A stretch of DNA of 56,004 bases from an uncultured archaeon. GTDB taxonomy: Archaea > Asgardarchaeota > Thorarchaeia > Thorarchaeales > Thorarchaeaceae. The notes under the pieces were generated by a model, which did no database searches, was not told the origin of the DNA, and was given only the letters and a program-made list of their open reading frames with translations. The position numbers and the translations under genes were made by a program. The DNA lies in contig CAZPWM010000008.1 of the NCBI GenBank assembly GCA_964590575.1, forward strand, positions 1 to 56,004, written 5' to 3'. Shown here one piece after another: positions 29,371 to 37,557 of the stretch (position 1 is the stretch's first letter; every line of letters begins with the position of its first letter).

Positions 29371-32300
29371 GATTCGAAGAAATCAGTCAACGAGGTCTGC
29401 TCTGAAACAAATAGTGAGTCCAGAGAGGCTGTGATAAGCTTCAGTCGTTCCTGTAGATGTTCGTCTAAGCCATATTCTTCAATGATTTTTTGTGTCACTT
29501 CTAGATATTTGGAGATATTCTTTTGTCTAACTGTCAATGAGAGTTTATTGCCACAGGTACAATTACCAGATAGGGGAATCCGTCTATAGATCCTTCGACA
29601 TTTTTGACATTGTGTTTTCTGTGTAGAATATGCCCTCAGATTTCCTCGAATATCACGGAAAAAGTGATGTGAGAGAACACGTTCGGCAACATCTTTCGCA
29701 TCAACTGCTGATATTAGGGAAGCTAGCCGTAGTTGAGCGCCTAATTTCTCATCCATAGTGCCCAATAACTTGTATCTAGTATTTTTCGGACCAGCATCAA
29801 ATGATGAAGTACTATGTGTGAACCCGAATCCCTCGTATTGTGCAGGTGAATTGAGCCGTGATGCGATTATGTCAACAAGGTTTTCCACATCCTTGGGATG
29901 TCTAGCCTCAGCAACCATATTGTAAAACTCAGCAGGATATCGCCTACAGACTTCGATGTTATGACTCTCATCATCCACCTCAGTAGGATTAAGAATGACT
30001 GATAGAACTAGAGGCGCATCCATCAGACCGCCTCTTCCAGCGGGAAGATAACTTTTCGAGAAATTGAGGAGTGCATCGAGGACCAATATGAGCGCATCCT
30101 CATCCCCATCACAATTTCTTCTCTTAGCAGCATGCCAGTAAGGATGAGCGTAGCAGACACTGGCATTTGTGAATCCGATTATACGACCAATTATTCCAGC
30201 TGATGTGTGAGGCGCAAGACCAATGACAAGCTGACCAATGACATCCTCTTGAGCGTCAAATCGATAGTACCGATCTAAACCGAAAATCTTCTCTAGGCAG
30301 TCATCAATGAACCTTCCAACTTTTACCATGTAAATTGCGCAGTTTTCAGACACAACAATATCCTGAACTCGGAGCTCTACCACTTGGTCATCCGAAATTA
30401 GAGGCTCTCCATCTTGGTCAGTAATATATCCCAATTCATGTAGACGGCTGACGGGAGTGCCTATCTCGCGGGGTATGAAGTGTGTCAGAGGCGCGTCAGT
30501 AGCATCGAAGCGGGCGGTTCCATCACGATAACAGTACACATCGTGTTTCGCTCGCAGAATGCCCTTTCCGAGATATTCAGGAATCTTGTAGTCACTAGTA
30601 AGACCAAGAACTCCACGAACGCCATGTGCTTCAAACTCGCTGATCTCGGTCTTAACACGGTTTATCAGGCCGGTTATATCGACAGGTATCTTTTTTGTCA
30701 TACGTATGAGATTCACATCGTGACTGTATGGACACATACCTGTATTCGGGTCGACCGGTTGTCCACAGTCCTCATAGGAACACCAAGGCTGAACATTGGT
30801 ATGCACTCTACATTTAGGACATCTTGACTCAAAGGTTTCTGATGAACAAGAAGGACACACTCGAGAAACCATCTCAAGTTCGATACCGTTCGTTTCAATG
30901 ACCTCAGGTTCAACTGAATCTTCTTCGAATGTATCTAGTGTTGAGATATGCTCTATACTCCTTGCGACTTCTTCTATTCGACGTTCGGTTCCCTTTGTAC
31001 GACCAACAGGAAATAGTGATTGGACTGGTGGTCTCATCCTACGTTCTTCAGCCTTTTCCGGTCGACCCATCCTTGCTCCAATTGAAAATCCAACCTTGTC
31101 CATTAATTTAACATAGGCAACAGAGTTCATTAAGTCAAGCGAGGTCTTACCTTTTGGTTTAGCATCTTTCCTGCCGAGCTGTGCAAGGATTGACACAGAA
31201 TCATCGCTAAGGTGAATTTTTTTCTTATTGGACGAAAGCGTATGTGGTATCGCAGCCAGTTCAAGCAATCTCTTGTACTCAAGATTAAAGGGTAGAACCA
31301 TGACAGATTCGTTGATACTGTGTTTTGTGAGAAGCCAGTTTCTCAACTTGAGTGCTTCATCAGGATTGAGAGCCATCCAACGATAGAGATAGGATGGATG
31401 AAGTGGAATCTTGAGTTTCTTAGATAGGAGTACTGCTTGAGAAGCACTCGGAATCTGAAGGAGTGGCGAATCGATTAACTGGCTAATCTTTTCTGGGAGC
31501 ATATCAGCTTTCGATAGGAGTTTGTTTAACTCAGTCAATGTGATTTTGGAAATAGCATGGTCAAGATTGTGTGACCACCACTCTTCACAATATCCTGATG
31601 GAACAAGTGGATGGTTGTTTTCGAGAAATTCACCAAGAGCGACCAGAATGTCACCAAGGTAGAGGATTTTCTTAACTTGACCCTCTAGCATTCTAGCTTC
31701 ATCGGCATCTTTCACTTTTACTACAGAACCATCCTTCAAGAGGACTATTGGTCCCTCAATTGAGTCAACTGGTGCAACTATTGAGCCCTTTCCGGGTCTT
31801 TCTGTACGAATATGAGTACCAGTTGCCAGAAACTCTTCCACGATGTACATGGTTGCTGGGTGAACTCCAACGCCAGCAAGACCTGTGTTTCGAGACCTAC
31901 CATATCTTAGTCTGAATCCCCCTATGCGTGAAGGGTGTGAAAATACGGGTCTTCCACCTATGACGTCAGCCAAGTAATCAGACTTTGGCTCAAGTTTCTT
32001 GTCTACCGTGTCTTCCTCCTGGCTCGATGCAACTTTTGACATTCTTGACGAGAGTTCATCAAGCCATTCCCACCCGCTGATTTTTATGCCGCTCACAATC
32101 TTTGCTAACTTTACAGCTCGTCCAACTACACCATCATTGAGGACAAGAACTGCTCCTCCCCGGACCCTATTTGTTTCAATACGCTCCAAATCACGACTCC
32201 CTGACACTTCAAACTCTTCAGTTGGTTCACCAGTCAACATTATTGGCAACCGTGATGCAGCAAATTGTACCAAATCAGGATGAACGGGGTATTGAAGGTG

Positions 32301-32903
32301 GACAGAACGAGCGTATAGCTCGACTTCTTCCAGAGCTCGTTCGGTTTCTTCTTTTGTTGCCTTGAATGCAGGTAGACCAAGAACTTGACGTACATAATCA
32401 GCTACTAGAACAGTCATCGCAGCTTCGGTTCCACCTGCAGCGCGTATTGGTCCAGCAAGGTATAATGCCAGATATTGATCATCACCAGAACCTCTGATAC
32501 TGACCTTTGAAATACCTTCAAGGGGTGCAGCTGTGATGCTTTCTGTAAGTATGGAGAGCGCTACTCGGACCGCTTTATCAGCTGCCTTCTCAGCATCTTG
32601 AATACCACCAAGAGTTCCCTCGGCAATCTCTTTAGCTACGGCAAAAGCAACTTCTTCACGAGACTTATCCTCTTGTAGTTCACGAATCCTTTTTGCTACT
32701 CCAATAGGACCCTCAAGAGTCGCTTCAACACGAGCTGCTACATCGTGAGCAGGAGGTATTTCGACCTTGGTGGTTGGGTCAAATCCTTGTAATCGAGCAG
32801 TTTCTGCAATAGCATAGAGTTTGTGTATTTCCTCATTTAGAACACTGAAATACTGTTGGTAGAATATACTATGATCGGGAAGACTCAGTTCAGATTCGGT
32901 CAC
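29367..32903 (-). CDS. polC: DNA polymerase D large subunit DP2
   Basis: 'GPIRAAGGT', 'GFRLRYGRSRNTG', 'RMGRPEK', catalytic 'RRNCDGDED'; no intein. Confidence 0.97.
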   Translation of the reverse strand: MTESELSLPDHSIFYQQYFSVLNEEIHKLYAIAETARLQGFDPTTKVEIPPAHDVAARVEATLEGPIGVAKRIRELQEDKSREEVAFAVAKEIAEGTLGGIQDAEKAADKAVRVALSILTESITAAPLEGISKVSIRGSGDDQYLALYLAGPIRAAGGTEAAMTVLVADYVRQVLGLPAFKATKEETERALEEVELYARSVHLQYPVHPDLVQFAASRLPIMLTGEPTEEFEVSGSRDLERIETNRVRGGAVLVLNDGVVGRAVKLAKIVSGIKISGWEWLDELSSRMSKVASSQEEDTVDKKLEPKSDYLADVIGGRPVFSHPSRIGGFRLRYGRSRNTGLAGVGVHPATMYIVEEFLATGTHIRTERPGKGSIVAPVDSIEGPIVLLKDGSVVKVKDADEARMLEGQVKKILYLGDILVALGEFLENNHPLVPSGYCEEWWSHNLDHAISKITLTELNKLLSKADMLPEKISQLIDSPLLQIPSASQAVLLSKKLKIPLHPSYLYRWMALNPDEALKLRNWLLTKHSINESVMVLPFNLEYKRLLELAAIPHTLSSNKKKIHLSDDSVSILAQLGRKDAKPKGKTSLDLMNSVAYVKLMDKVGFSIGARMGRPEKAEERRMRPPVQSLFPVGRTKGTERRIEEVARSIEHISTLDTFEEDSVEPEVIETNGIELEMVSRVCPSCSSETFESRCPKCRVHTNVQPWCSYEDCGQPVDPNTGMCPYSHDVNLIRMTKKIPVDITGLINRVKTEISEFEAHGVRGVLGLTSDYKIPEYLGKGILRAKHDVYCYRDGTARFDATDAPLTHFIPREIGTPVSRLHELGYITDQDGEPLISDDQVVELRVQDIVVSENCAIYMVKVGRFIDDCLEKIFGLDRYYRFDAQEDVIGQLVIGLAPHTSAGIIGRIIGFTNASVCYAHPYWHAAKRRNCDGDEDALILVLDALLNFSKSYLPAGRGGLMDAPLVLSVILNPTEVDDESHNIEVCRRYPAEFYNMVAEARHPKDVENLVDIIASRLNSPAQYEGFGFTHSTSSFDAGPKNTRYKLLGTMDEKLGAQLRLASLISAVDAKDVAERVLSHHFFRDIRGNLRAYSTQKTQCQKCRRIYRRIPLSGNCTCGNKLSLTVRQKNISKYLEVTQKIIEEYGLDEHLQERLKLITASLDSLFVSEQTSLTDFFES

Positions 32904-33023
32904 AAGAAGTCAACTTGTTTCTGTCGTGATTGTGTATTCTATGTTTCGCTTGATGAGTCTAGAAATTCTCCAAGCTCGTGCTTCTTGAGGATATTACTTT
33001 AAAGCATCTAGCCATGACCATAA

Positions 33024-33039
33024 AATGGCTTTAGCCATT
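33024..33039. promoter_or_regulatory. Palindrome in the divergent polC/rpa promoter region
   Basis: AATGGCT-TT-AGCCATT, downstream of a TTTAAA box. Confidence 0.4.
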
Positions 33040-33055
33040 ATATAGACAATGGAAG

Positions 33056-34852
33056 GTGACCTATTTGCTCACTCTTGAGGAAACAATTGAACTGATTCTG
33101 AAACACAGGTCCGATTATGAACGTAAAGACATATTGACAATGATTGAAGAGAAACGTGAAGAACTCGGACGAGAGGTAATCAATGACGAGTCTGCAGCTA
33201 TGATAGTAGCTAGAGAACTCGGGGTAGACCTTCACCAAATATCGCCTAAAGCACGTCAGAAAATTGAAGATATTACAGAAGCCTCTAGAAGTATAGCACT
33301 TACAGCCAAAATAGTCAACATTGGCACAGTTAGGACATTTTCTCGAAAAGATGGCGGAGGAGAGGGTAAGGTTGCTAGTATAATGGTTTCAGATGAAACT
33401 GGAAGTATCAGGGTTGTTCTATGGGATGACCTAACAAAAGTTGTTACTGAGGACGTCATCTCTATTGGTGATATCATCCAAGTGCGAGGAGCTTATGTAA
33501 AGAAAGGACTTGGAGACGCACTAGAACTGAATCTAGGTAGAATGGGTCAAATCAGAGTTCTTGAAGAGTATGAAATTGACGATCTTAACATTGACTTCCC
33601 TGATTCATCGACAGGAACCCAGAAAATTACTGACCTCAAAGACGGTCTATTTAGCGTCAGTCTGAAGGTGAAGATTCAACGGGTGTTCAGGTTATCTACA
33701 TTTACGAGACAGAGAGATGAGTCTGAAGGAAAGGTCCTAAGCATTATAGGAGCAGATGAAACTGGGACTGTTAGACTTGTGTTTTGGGATGATAAAGCCT
33801 CAGAGATGGAGAACGCAGATGAAGGGGAAGTTATCCAACTCATAGGTGTAAATACCAGATTGAATCGTGATGGTACCGAAGTGGAAGTGCACGTTGGACG
33901 AGCCGCTTCAATCGAGCGTGGCCTCAAAGAGAAGATTGACGCTGTCGAAGCGGTTCAGTCTGGTGGCGGTTCTGAACCACTGGGAATGAATGCAATAGTC
34001 AATCTCACAACAGGTATGTGGGATGTTGATATCGAGGGCAAAGTTGTCACGGTATATGACGTTACCACCTTCACAACAAAGGATGGAAAGGATGGGCGTG
34101 TTAGAAACGTCATTCTTGCTGATGAGTCGGGAAAAACTCGTGTTACATTTTGGAATGATGATGTCGATAAGATAGAAGATCTCAAAGAAGACGATGTTAT
34201 TAAAATTCTTCATGGATATGTGAAAGAAGGATTCCGGGGTGGCGTAGAATTCCAAGTCGGACGTAAGGCTGAGATTCACATTAACCCTAAGGGATCAAAG
34301 CTGAAGAAACTGGATGTATCACAGGTCGCCCTTCAACCCATGGCAAAGGCTTCGAGAATTCTTATTGAGGACATTGATGATAATACAGAAGGAAAGAACG
34401 TGGAAATCTGTGGCATTGTCGTCAATTTGAGTCAATCAATAACTCCAATATACCAAGCCTGTCCGAGTTGTAGTAAAAAGCTAGAAACAACAAGCGATGG
34501 ATACGTCTGCAAGTCTTGCGGAAAGGTCGATAAACCAGAGCCAAGAATGTTGTACAAAATAACCATAGATGATGGATCAGGTTCAATTAGAGTCACACTC
34601 TTTGGCAAAGTCGGAGAAGAACTGCTTCAATTAACGGCAGAAGAGGCCAATGAGATAATCAAGAAAACTGGAAAAGAAGAACAGCCCCTAATTGAAAACG
34701 CTGACAAAGTTGTTGGAAGATATATTGCAGTCTATGGTCGCGTGAAGAAATTCAGAGATTCATTTGACCTCTCAGCGAGTGGGTTTGAGTTTGCTGATCC
34801 TGTAAAAGAAATTAAGCGGATGAAGGAAGAGATACAAAAAGAAGTGGGTTAG
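33056..34852 (+). CDS. rpa: Replication protein A (multiple OB folds plus zinc finger)
   Basis: Repeated 'DETG..R...W' OB motifs; 'YQACPSCSKK...CKSCG'; 'DDGSG'. Confidence 0.93.
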   Translation: MTYLLTLEETIELILKHRSDYERKDILTMIEEKREELGREVINDESAAMIVARELGVDLHQISPKARQKIEDITEASRSIALTAKIVNIGTVRTFSRKDGGGEGKVASIMVSDETGSIRVVLWDDLTKVVTEDVISIGDIIQVRGAYVKKGLGDALELNLGRMGQIRVLEEYEIDDLNIDFPDSSTGTQKITDLKDGLFSVSLKVKIQRVFRLSTFTRQRDESEGKVLSIIGADETGTVRLVFWDDKASEMENADEGEVIQLIGVNTRLNRDGTEVEVHVGRAASIERGLKEKIDAVEAVQSGGGSEPLGMNAIVNLTTGMWDVDIEGKVVTVYDVTTFTTKDGKDGRVRNVILADESGKTRVTFWNDDVDKIEDLKEDDVIKILHGYVKEGFRGGVEFQVGRKAEIHINPKGSKLKKLDVSQVALQPMAKASRILIEDIDDNTEGKNVEICGIVVNLSQSITPIYQACPSCSKKLETTSDGYVCKSCGKVDKPEPRMLYKITIDDGSGSIRVTLFGKVGEELLQLTAEEANEIIKKTGKEEQPLIENADKVVGRYIAVYGRVKKFRDSFDLSASGFEFADPVKEIKRMKEEIQKEVG

Positions 34853-34853
34853 A

Positions 34854-34876
34854 AGCCGAGTTCCTCGAACTCGGTT
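34854..34876 (+). terminator. Stem-loop directly after the rpa stop
   Basis: AGCCGAGTTC-CTC-GAACTCGGTT, followed by a T-rich tract. Confidence 0.6.
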
Positions 34877-34944
34877 CCTCATTGTTTTATCAAATGATTA
34901 TATTATTCATTTTTATAACCGATGACATACTGTTAGAATGTGAA

Positions 34945-35217
34945 ATGAGTCCTGTTCGTATGGTTGTTGCAGAACGAAACTACCTAAGAGGTGTTCTTAG
35001 AGCGTACTTAGAGGGAAAAAAGAATCAGAACTATGTCATAGGTTGTTTCAGAAACGTACCTATTTCTATTTTTGATGAGATTGCAGCAGATCTTTCACAC
35101 TATTCTGATACACAACGATTTACTGAGCTCTATACGATAAGAAAACAGCTCGTTCATCAACTAAAGAAAAGACGGGGAAAAACACGTTGGAGTCCCTGGG
35201 CAATTAGTAAATACTAA
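34945..35217 (+). CDS. Hypothetical protein
   Basis: 90-aa ORF from ATG 34945, preceded by a TTTATAA box about 27 nt upstream. Confidence 0.6.
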   Translation: MSPVRMVVAERNYLRGVLRAYLEGKKNQNYVIGCFRNVPISIFDEIAADLSHYSDTQRFTELYTIRKQLVHQLKKRRGKTRWSPWAISKY

Positions 35218-35231
35218 CTGACCGTTTAATC

Positions 35232-36473
35232 CTACTTACTTGCTTCGATAAGCGCTTCCAGCCCTGAGAGGAAAGTGTCCACATCAGAACGGTTGTTATA
35301 CAGATAGAAGCTGGCTCGTACAGTCCCCTTCTTTGGGTCGATACCTAGTTGATAGTGAAATGGTCCAACACAATGCCAACCACTACGGACCATTACATTG
35401 AGTTCGTCGTTCAGGAAAGTGGCAACATCATGTGCAGAAGGTACTGTGTCAACAAGGAATGTGACCAAACCGGTTTTGATAGTAATATTATCCGTTCCAA
35501 TGATTTGAATATGTTCCATATCACAGAGTCTTTTCAATACCACATCAAGTAGTGAGCGTTCATGTTTTTCAATCTCATGCATGCCTATGGCTTGAAGGTA
35601 TTCAGCTGCTGCACCAGCGCCTATGGCACCAGCGTAGTTCTGTAATCCGGCTTCAAACTTCTCGGGTGGAGGTAAATACTCAGGAAGTATCACGCCATTC
35701 TCAAAACGAACATCACTCACGGTATCTCCACCATAGAAACACATGTTCATAGATTCAAGATGTTCTGACTTGCCATACAAAACGCCCATCCCTGTAGGTC
35801 CACACATCTTATGGACTGAGATTGCTGAAAAATCAACATCAAGCTCTTGAACATTAAGGGGATGGTGTGGAGCATATTGAGCATCATCGCTCATAACTAG
35901 AGCTCCGCGATCATGTGCAATCTCTACGATTTCCTTCATTGGAGCAATGGTACCAGTCACATTAGACGAATGAACAACCGATATCAGACTTGTCTTGCTG
36001 TCTATCGCATCTTTCCACTGTTCTATGTCAAAGGTACCATCAGATTTTGCCTTGATTACCTCGATGCTCAAACCATCTCGTCGAGCTCGTTCCACAAAGG
36101 GAAGTGAGCCACTGTGATGTTCGAGAGAAGTCGTTAATATTTTGGAATCTTTTGGTAAGTTAATTGCACTCGCTACGATGTTCAAAGATTCTGTGGCATT
36201 TCTTGTCCAGATACATTCCTTTTCATCAGCAGCATTCAAGAATTTAGCAAACTTACCTCTAGCTGCGGTATATGCATTGGAAGCCTCTTCTCCAAACTTG
36301 TGGATACTTCTTCCTCCACAAGCAGGATATTGCTCATAGTACTCATTCATAGCCTTGATGACTTGCCGAGGTTTAAGAGCCATGCACGCACTGTCCAGGT
36401 ACACTACTGGACGACCATTAATGGTACGTTCAAGGGCAGGAAAATCACTTCTAATCTTGGTCCAGTCCACCAT
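35232..36473 (-). CDS. sufS: Cysteine desulfurase, SufS type
   Basis: 'IRSDFP', 'YLDSA', 'EHH', PLP-Lys 'SVHKMCGPTG', 'RSGWHC', 'RASFYLYN'. Confidence 0.92.
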   Translation of the reverse strand: MVDWTKIRSDFPALERTINGRPVVYLDSACMALKPRQVIKAMNEYYEQYPACGGRSIHKFGEEASNAYTAARGKFAKFLNAADEKECIWTRNATESLNIVASAINLPKDSKILTTSLEHHSGSLPFVERARRDGLSIEVIKAKSDGTFDIEQWKDAIDSKTSLISVVHSSNVTGTIAPMKEIVEIAHDRGALVMSDDAQYAPHHPLNVQELDVDFSAISVHKMCGPTGMGVLYGKSEHLESMNMCFYGGDTVSDVRFENGVILPEYLPPPEKFEAGLQNYAGAIGAGAAAEYLQAIGMHEIEKHERSLLDVVLKRLCDMEHIQIIGTDNITIKTGLVTFLVDTVPSAHDVATFLNDELNVMVRSGWHCVGPFHYQLGIDPKKGTVRASFYLYNNRSDVDTFLSGLEALIEASK

Positions 36474-36478
36474 GCTAA

Positions 36479-36712
36479 TCAATCCCTTACCAATTGCCAC
36501 CGGTAACCACCCTTGCCGAATTTCTTTGTGATTAGTCCCATTTGCACTAGTTGATTAGCAGCAGCTATGAAGGTATCACCACCTGCACAATCAGTGCAAA
36601 GATCGGCATAGTTGTCAGTGCTTGCAATCCCAAGAATCTCTGTTGTCGTCAATGACTCCACATTTTCAAGGATTTTCAGAACACACTGAGCATTTTTTGG
36701 GAGGCCTGTCAT
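36479..36712 (-). CDS. Small winged-helix-like protein with CxxC insert
   Basis: 77 aa from ATG 36712: 'LTTTEIL...CTDC...AANQLVQMGLITK..GKGGYRW'. Confidence 0.65.
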   Translation of the reverse strand: MTGLPKNAQCVLKILENVESLTTTEILGIASTDNYADLCTDCAGGDTFIAAANQLVQMGLITKKFGKGGYRWQLVRD

Positions 36713-36871
36713 CGAGTACCCAAGCGGGACAACCAACAATATGAAGCCTTCGTAATAGACGGTAAGGTCATTCAACAAAACGCTTAAATTAACACCTGAG
36801 CCGGAGAGCCCGCTCTATTTCTCTCGGGGCTGCTGCTCTGATATGTGTGAAATAGGTAAATGGTGACTCTC

Positions 36872-37123
36872 ATGGGAAGAAGACGAAGACAGAAAGTACG
36901 TCGACGACCACAGAAACGCATTCCAGATGTGTATCCATGTCCAGACTGTGGAAATACTGCAATCAAGATTGAGCTTTATCGAGATAATGGCATGGCTACA
37001 GTGAAATGTGGATCGTGTGGACTGGAGATGAACATTGATGATGTCAACCCTCTGACCGAACCAGTAGATATCTATGGATCATTCATTGATAGATTCTATG
37101 AGAGCCGAAAAGCAGAAGCTTGA
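36872..37123 (+). CDS. elf1: Transcription elongation factor Elf1
   Basis: 'MGRRRR', CxxC...CxxC zinc ribbon, 'EPVDIYGSFID'. Confidence 0.93.
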   Translation: MGRRRRQKVRRRPQKRIPDVYPCPDCGNTAIKIELYRDNGMATVKCGSCGLEMNIDDVNPLTEPVDIYGSFIDRFYESRKAEA

Positions 37124-37148
37124 TGCAGTACAACGCCTAACATTCAGC

Positions 37149-37173
37149 AACGGTTATAAGCGGACTTAGTCCG
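37149..37173 (+). promoter_or_regulatory. BRE/TATA plus perfect palindrome
   Basis: AACGGTTATAAG followed by CGGACT-T-AGTCCG, about 30 nt upstream of ATG 37190. Confidence 0.55.
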
Positions 37174-37189
37174 TGGGCACAAGATTCTG

Positions 37190-37306
37190 ATGCAGGCCAT
37201 TAATACCTTCATTTCTATCCTGTTCATCCTACTTGCTGCAATGGGAATCTTGGCACTCTTGCTCACGATGGGCTATATGGTCTATGGTGAGGAAGAAGAG
37301 GAATAA
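37190..37306 (+). CDS. 38-aa single-TM microprotein with Glu5 tail (not in ORF track)
   Basis: MQAINTFISILFILLAAMGILALLLTMGYMVYGEEEEE*; TATA box at a leaderless-type distance. Confidence 0.65.
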   Translation: MQAINTFISILFILLAAMGILALLLTMGYMVYGEEEEE

Positions 37307-37326
37307 CCCACGGGATGGTGTTCCCG

Positions 37327-37557
37327 ATGACAAACTCGATTTTGCGTATCGCATTTGAAAGGGTAGCATCACACATTTCCAATCTTGATGAAGTGAAGAT
37401 GCTTGTTGATGAGATTGAAAAGAAGACTGACTCTCTTGAATCTGTCCTAAGTGAATTGGAATCAGAACTAGAAGATGCAGAAGTTACATTCAGGACAGAT
37501 ATACGCATCTTGATTAACGAATGTCGGCATTTGGGTGATAGGGCGTCTCCCCGATGA
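37327..37557 (+). CDS. Small helical hypothetical protein coupled to lhr
   Basis: ATGA overlap with the helicase start; coiled-coil-like composition. Confidence 0.7.
   Translation: MTNSILRIAFERVASHISNLDEVKMLVDEIEKKTDSLESVLSELESELEDAEVTFRTDIRILINECRHLGDRASPR

Noticed and set aside
36795-36850. Structured ncRNA upstream of elf1
   Set aside because: Only a weak GC hairpin is present, with no C/D, H/ACA, SRP or tRNA hallmarks that I can support.
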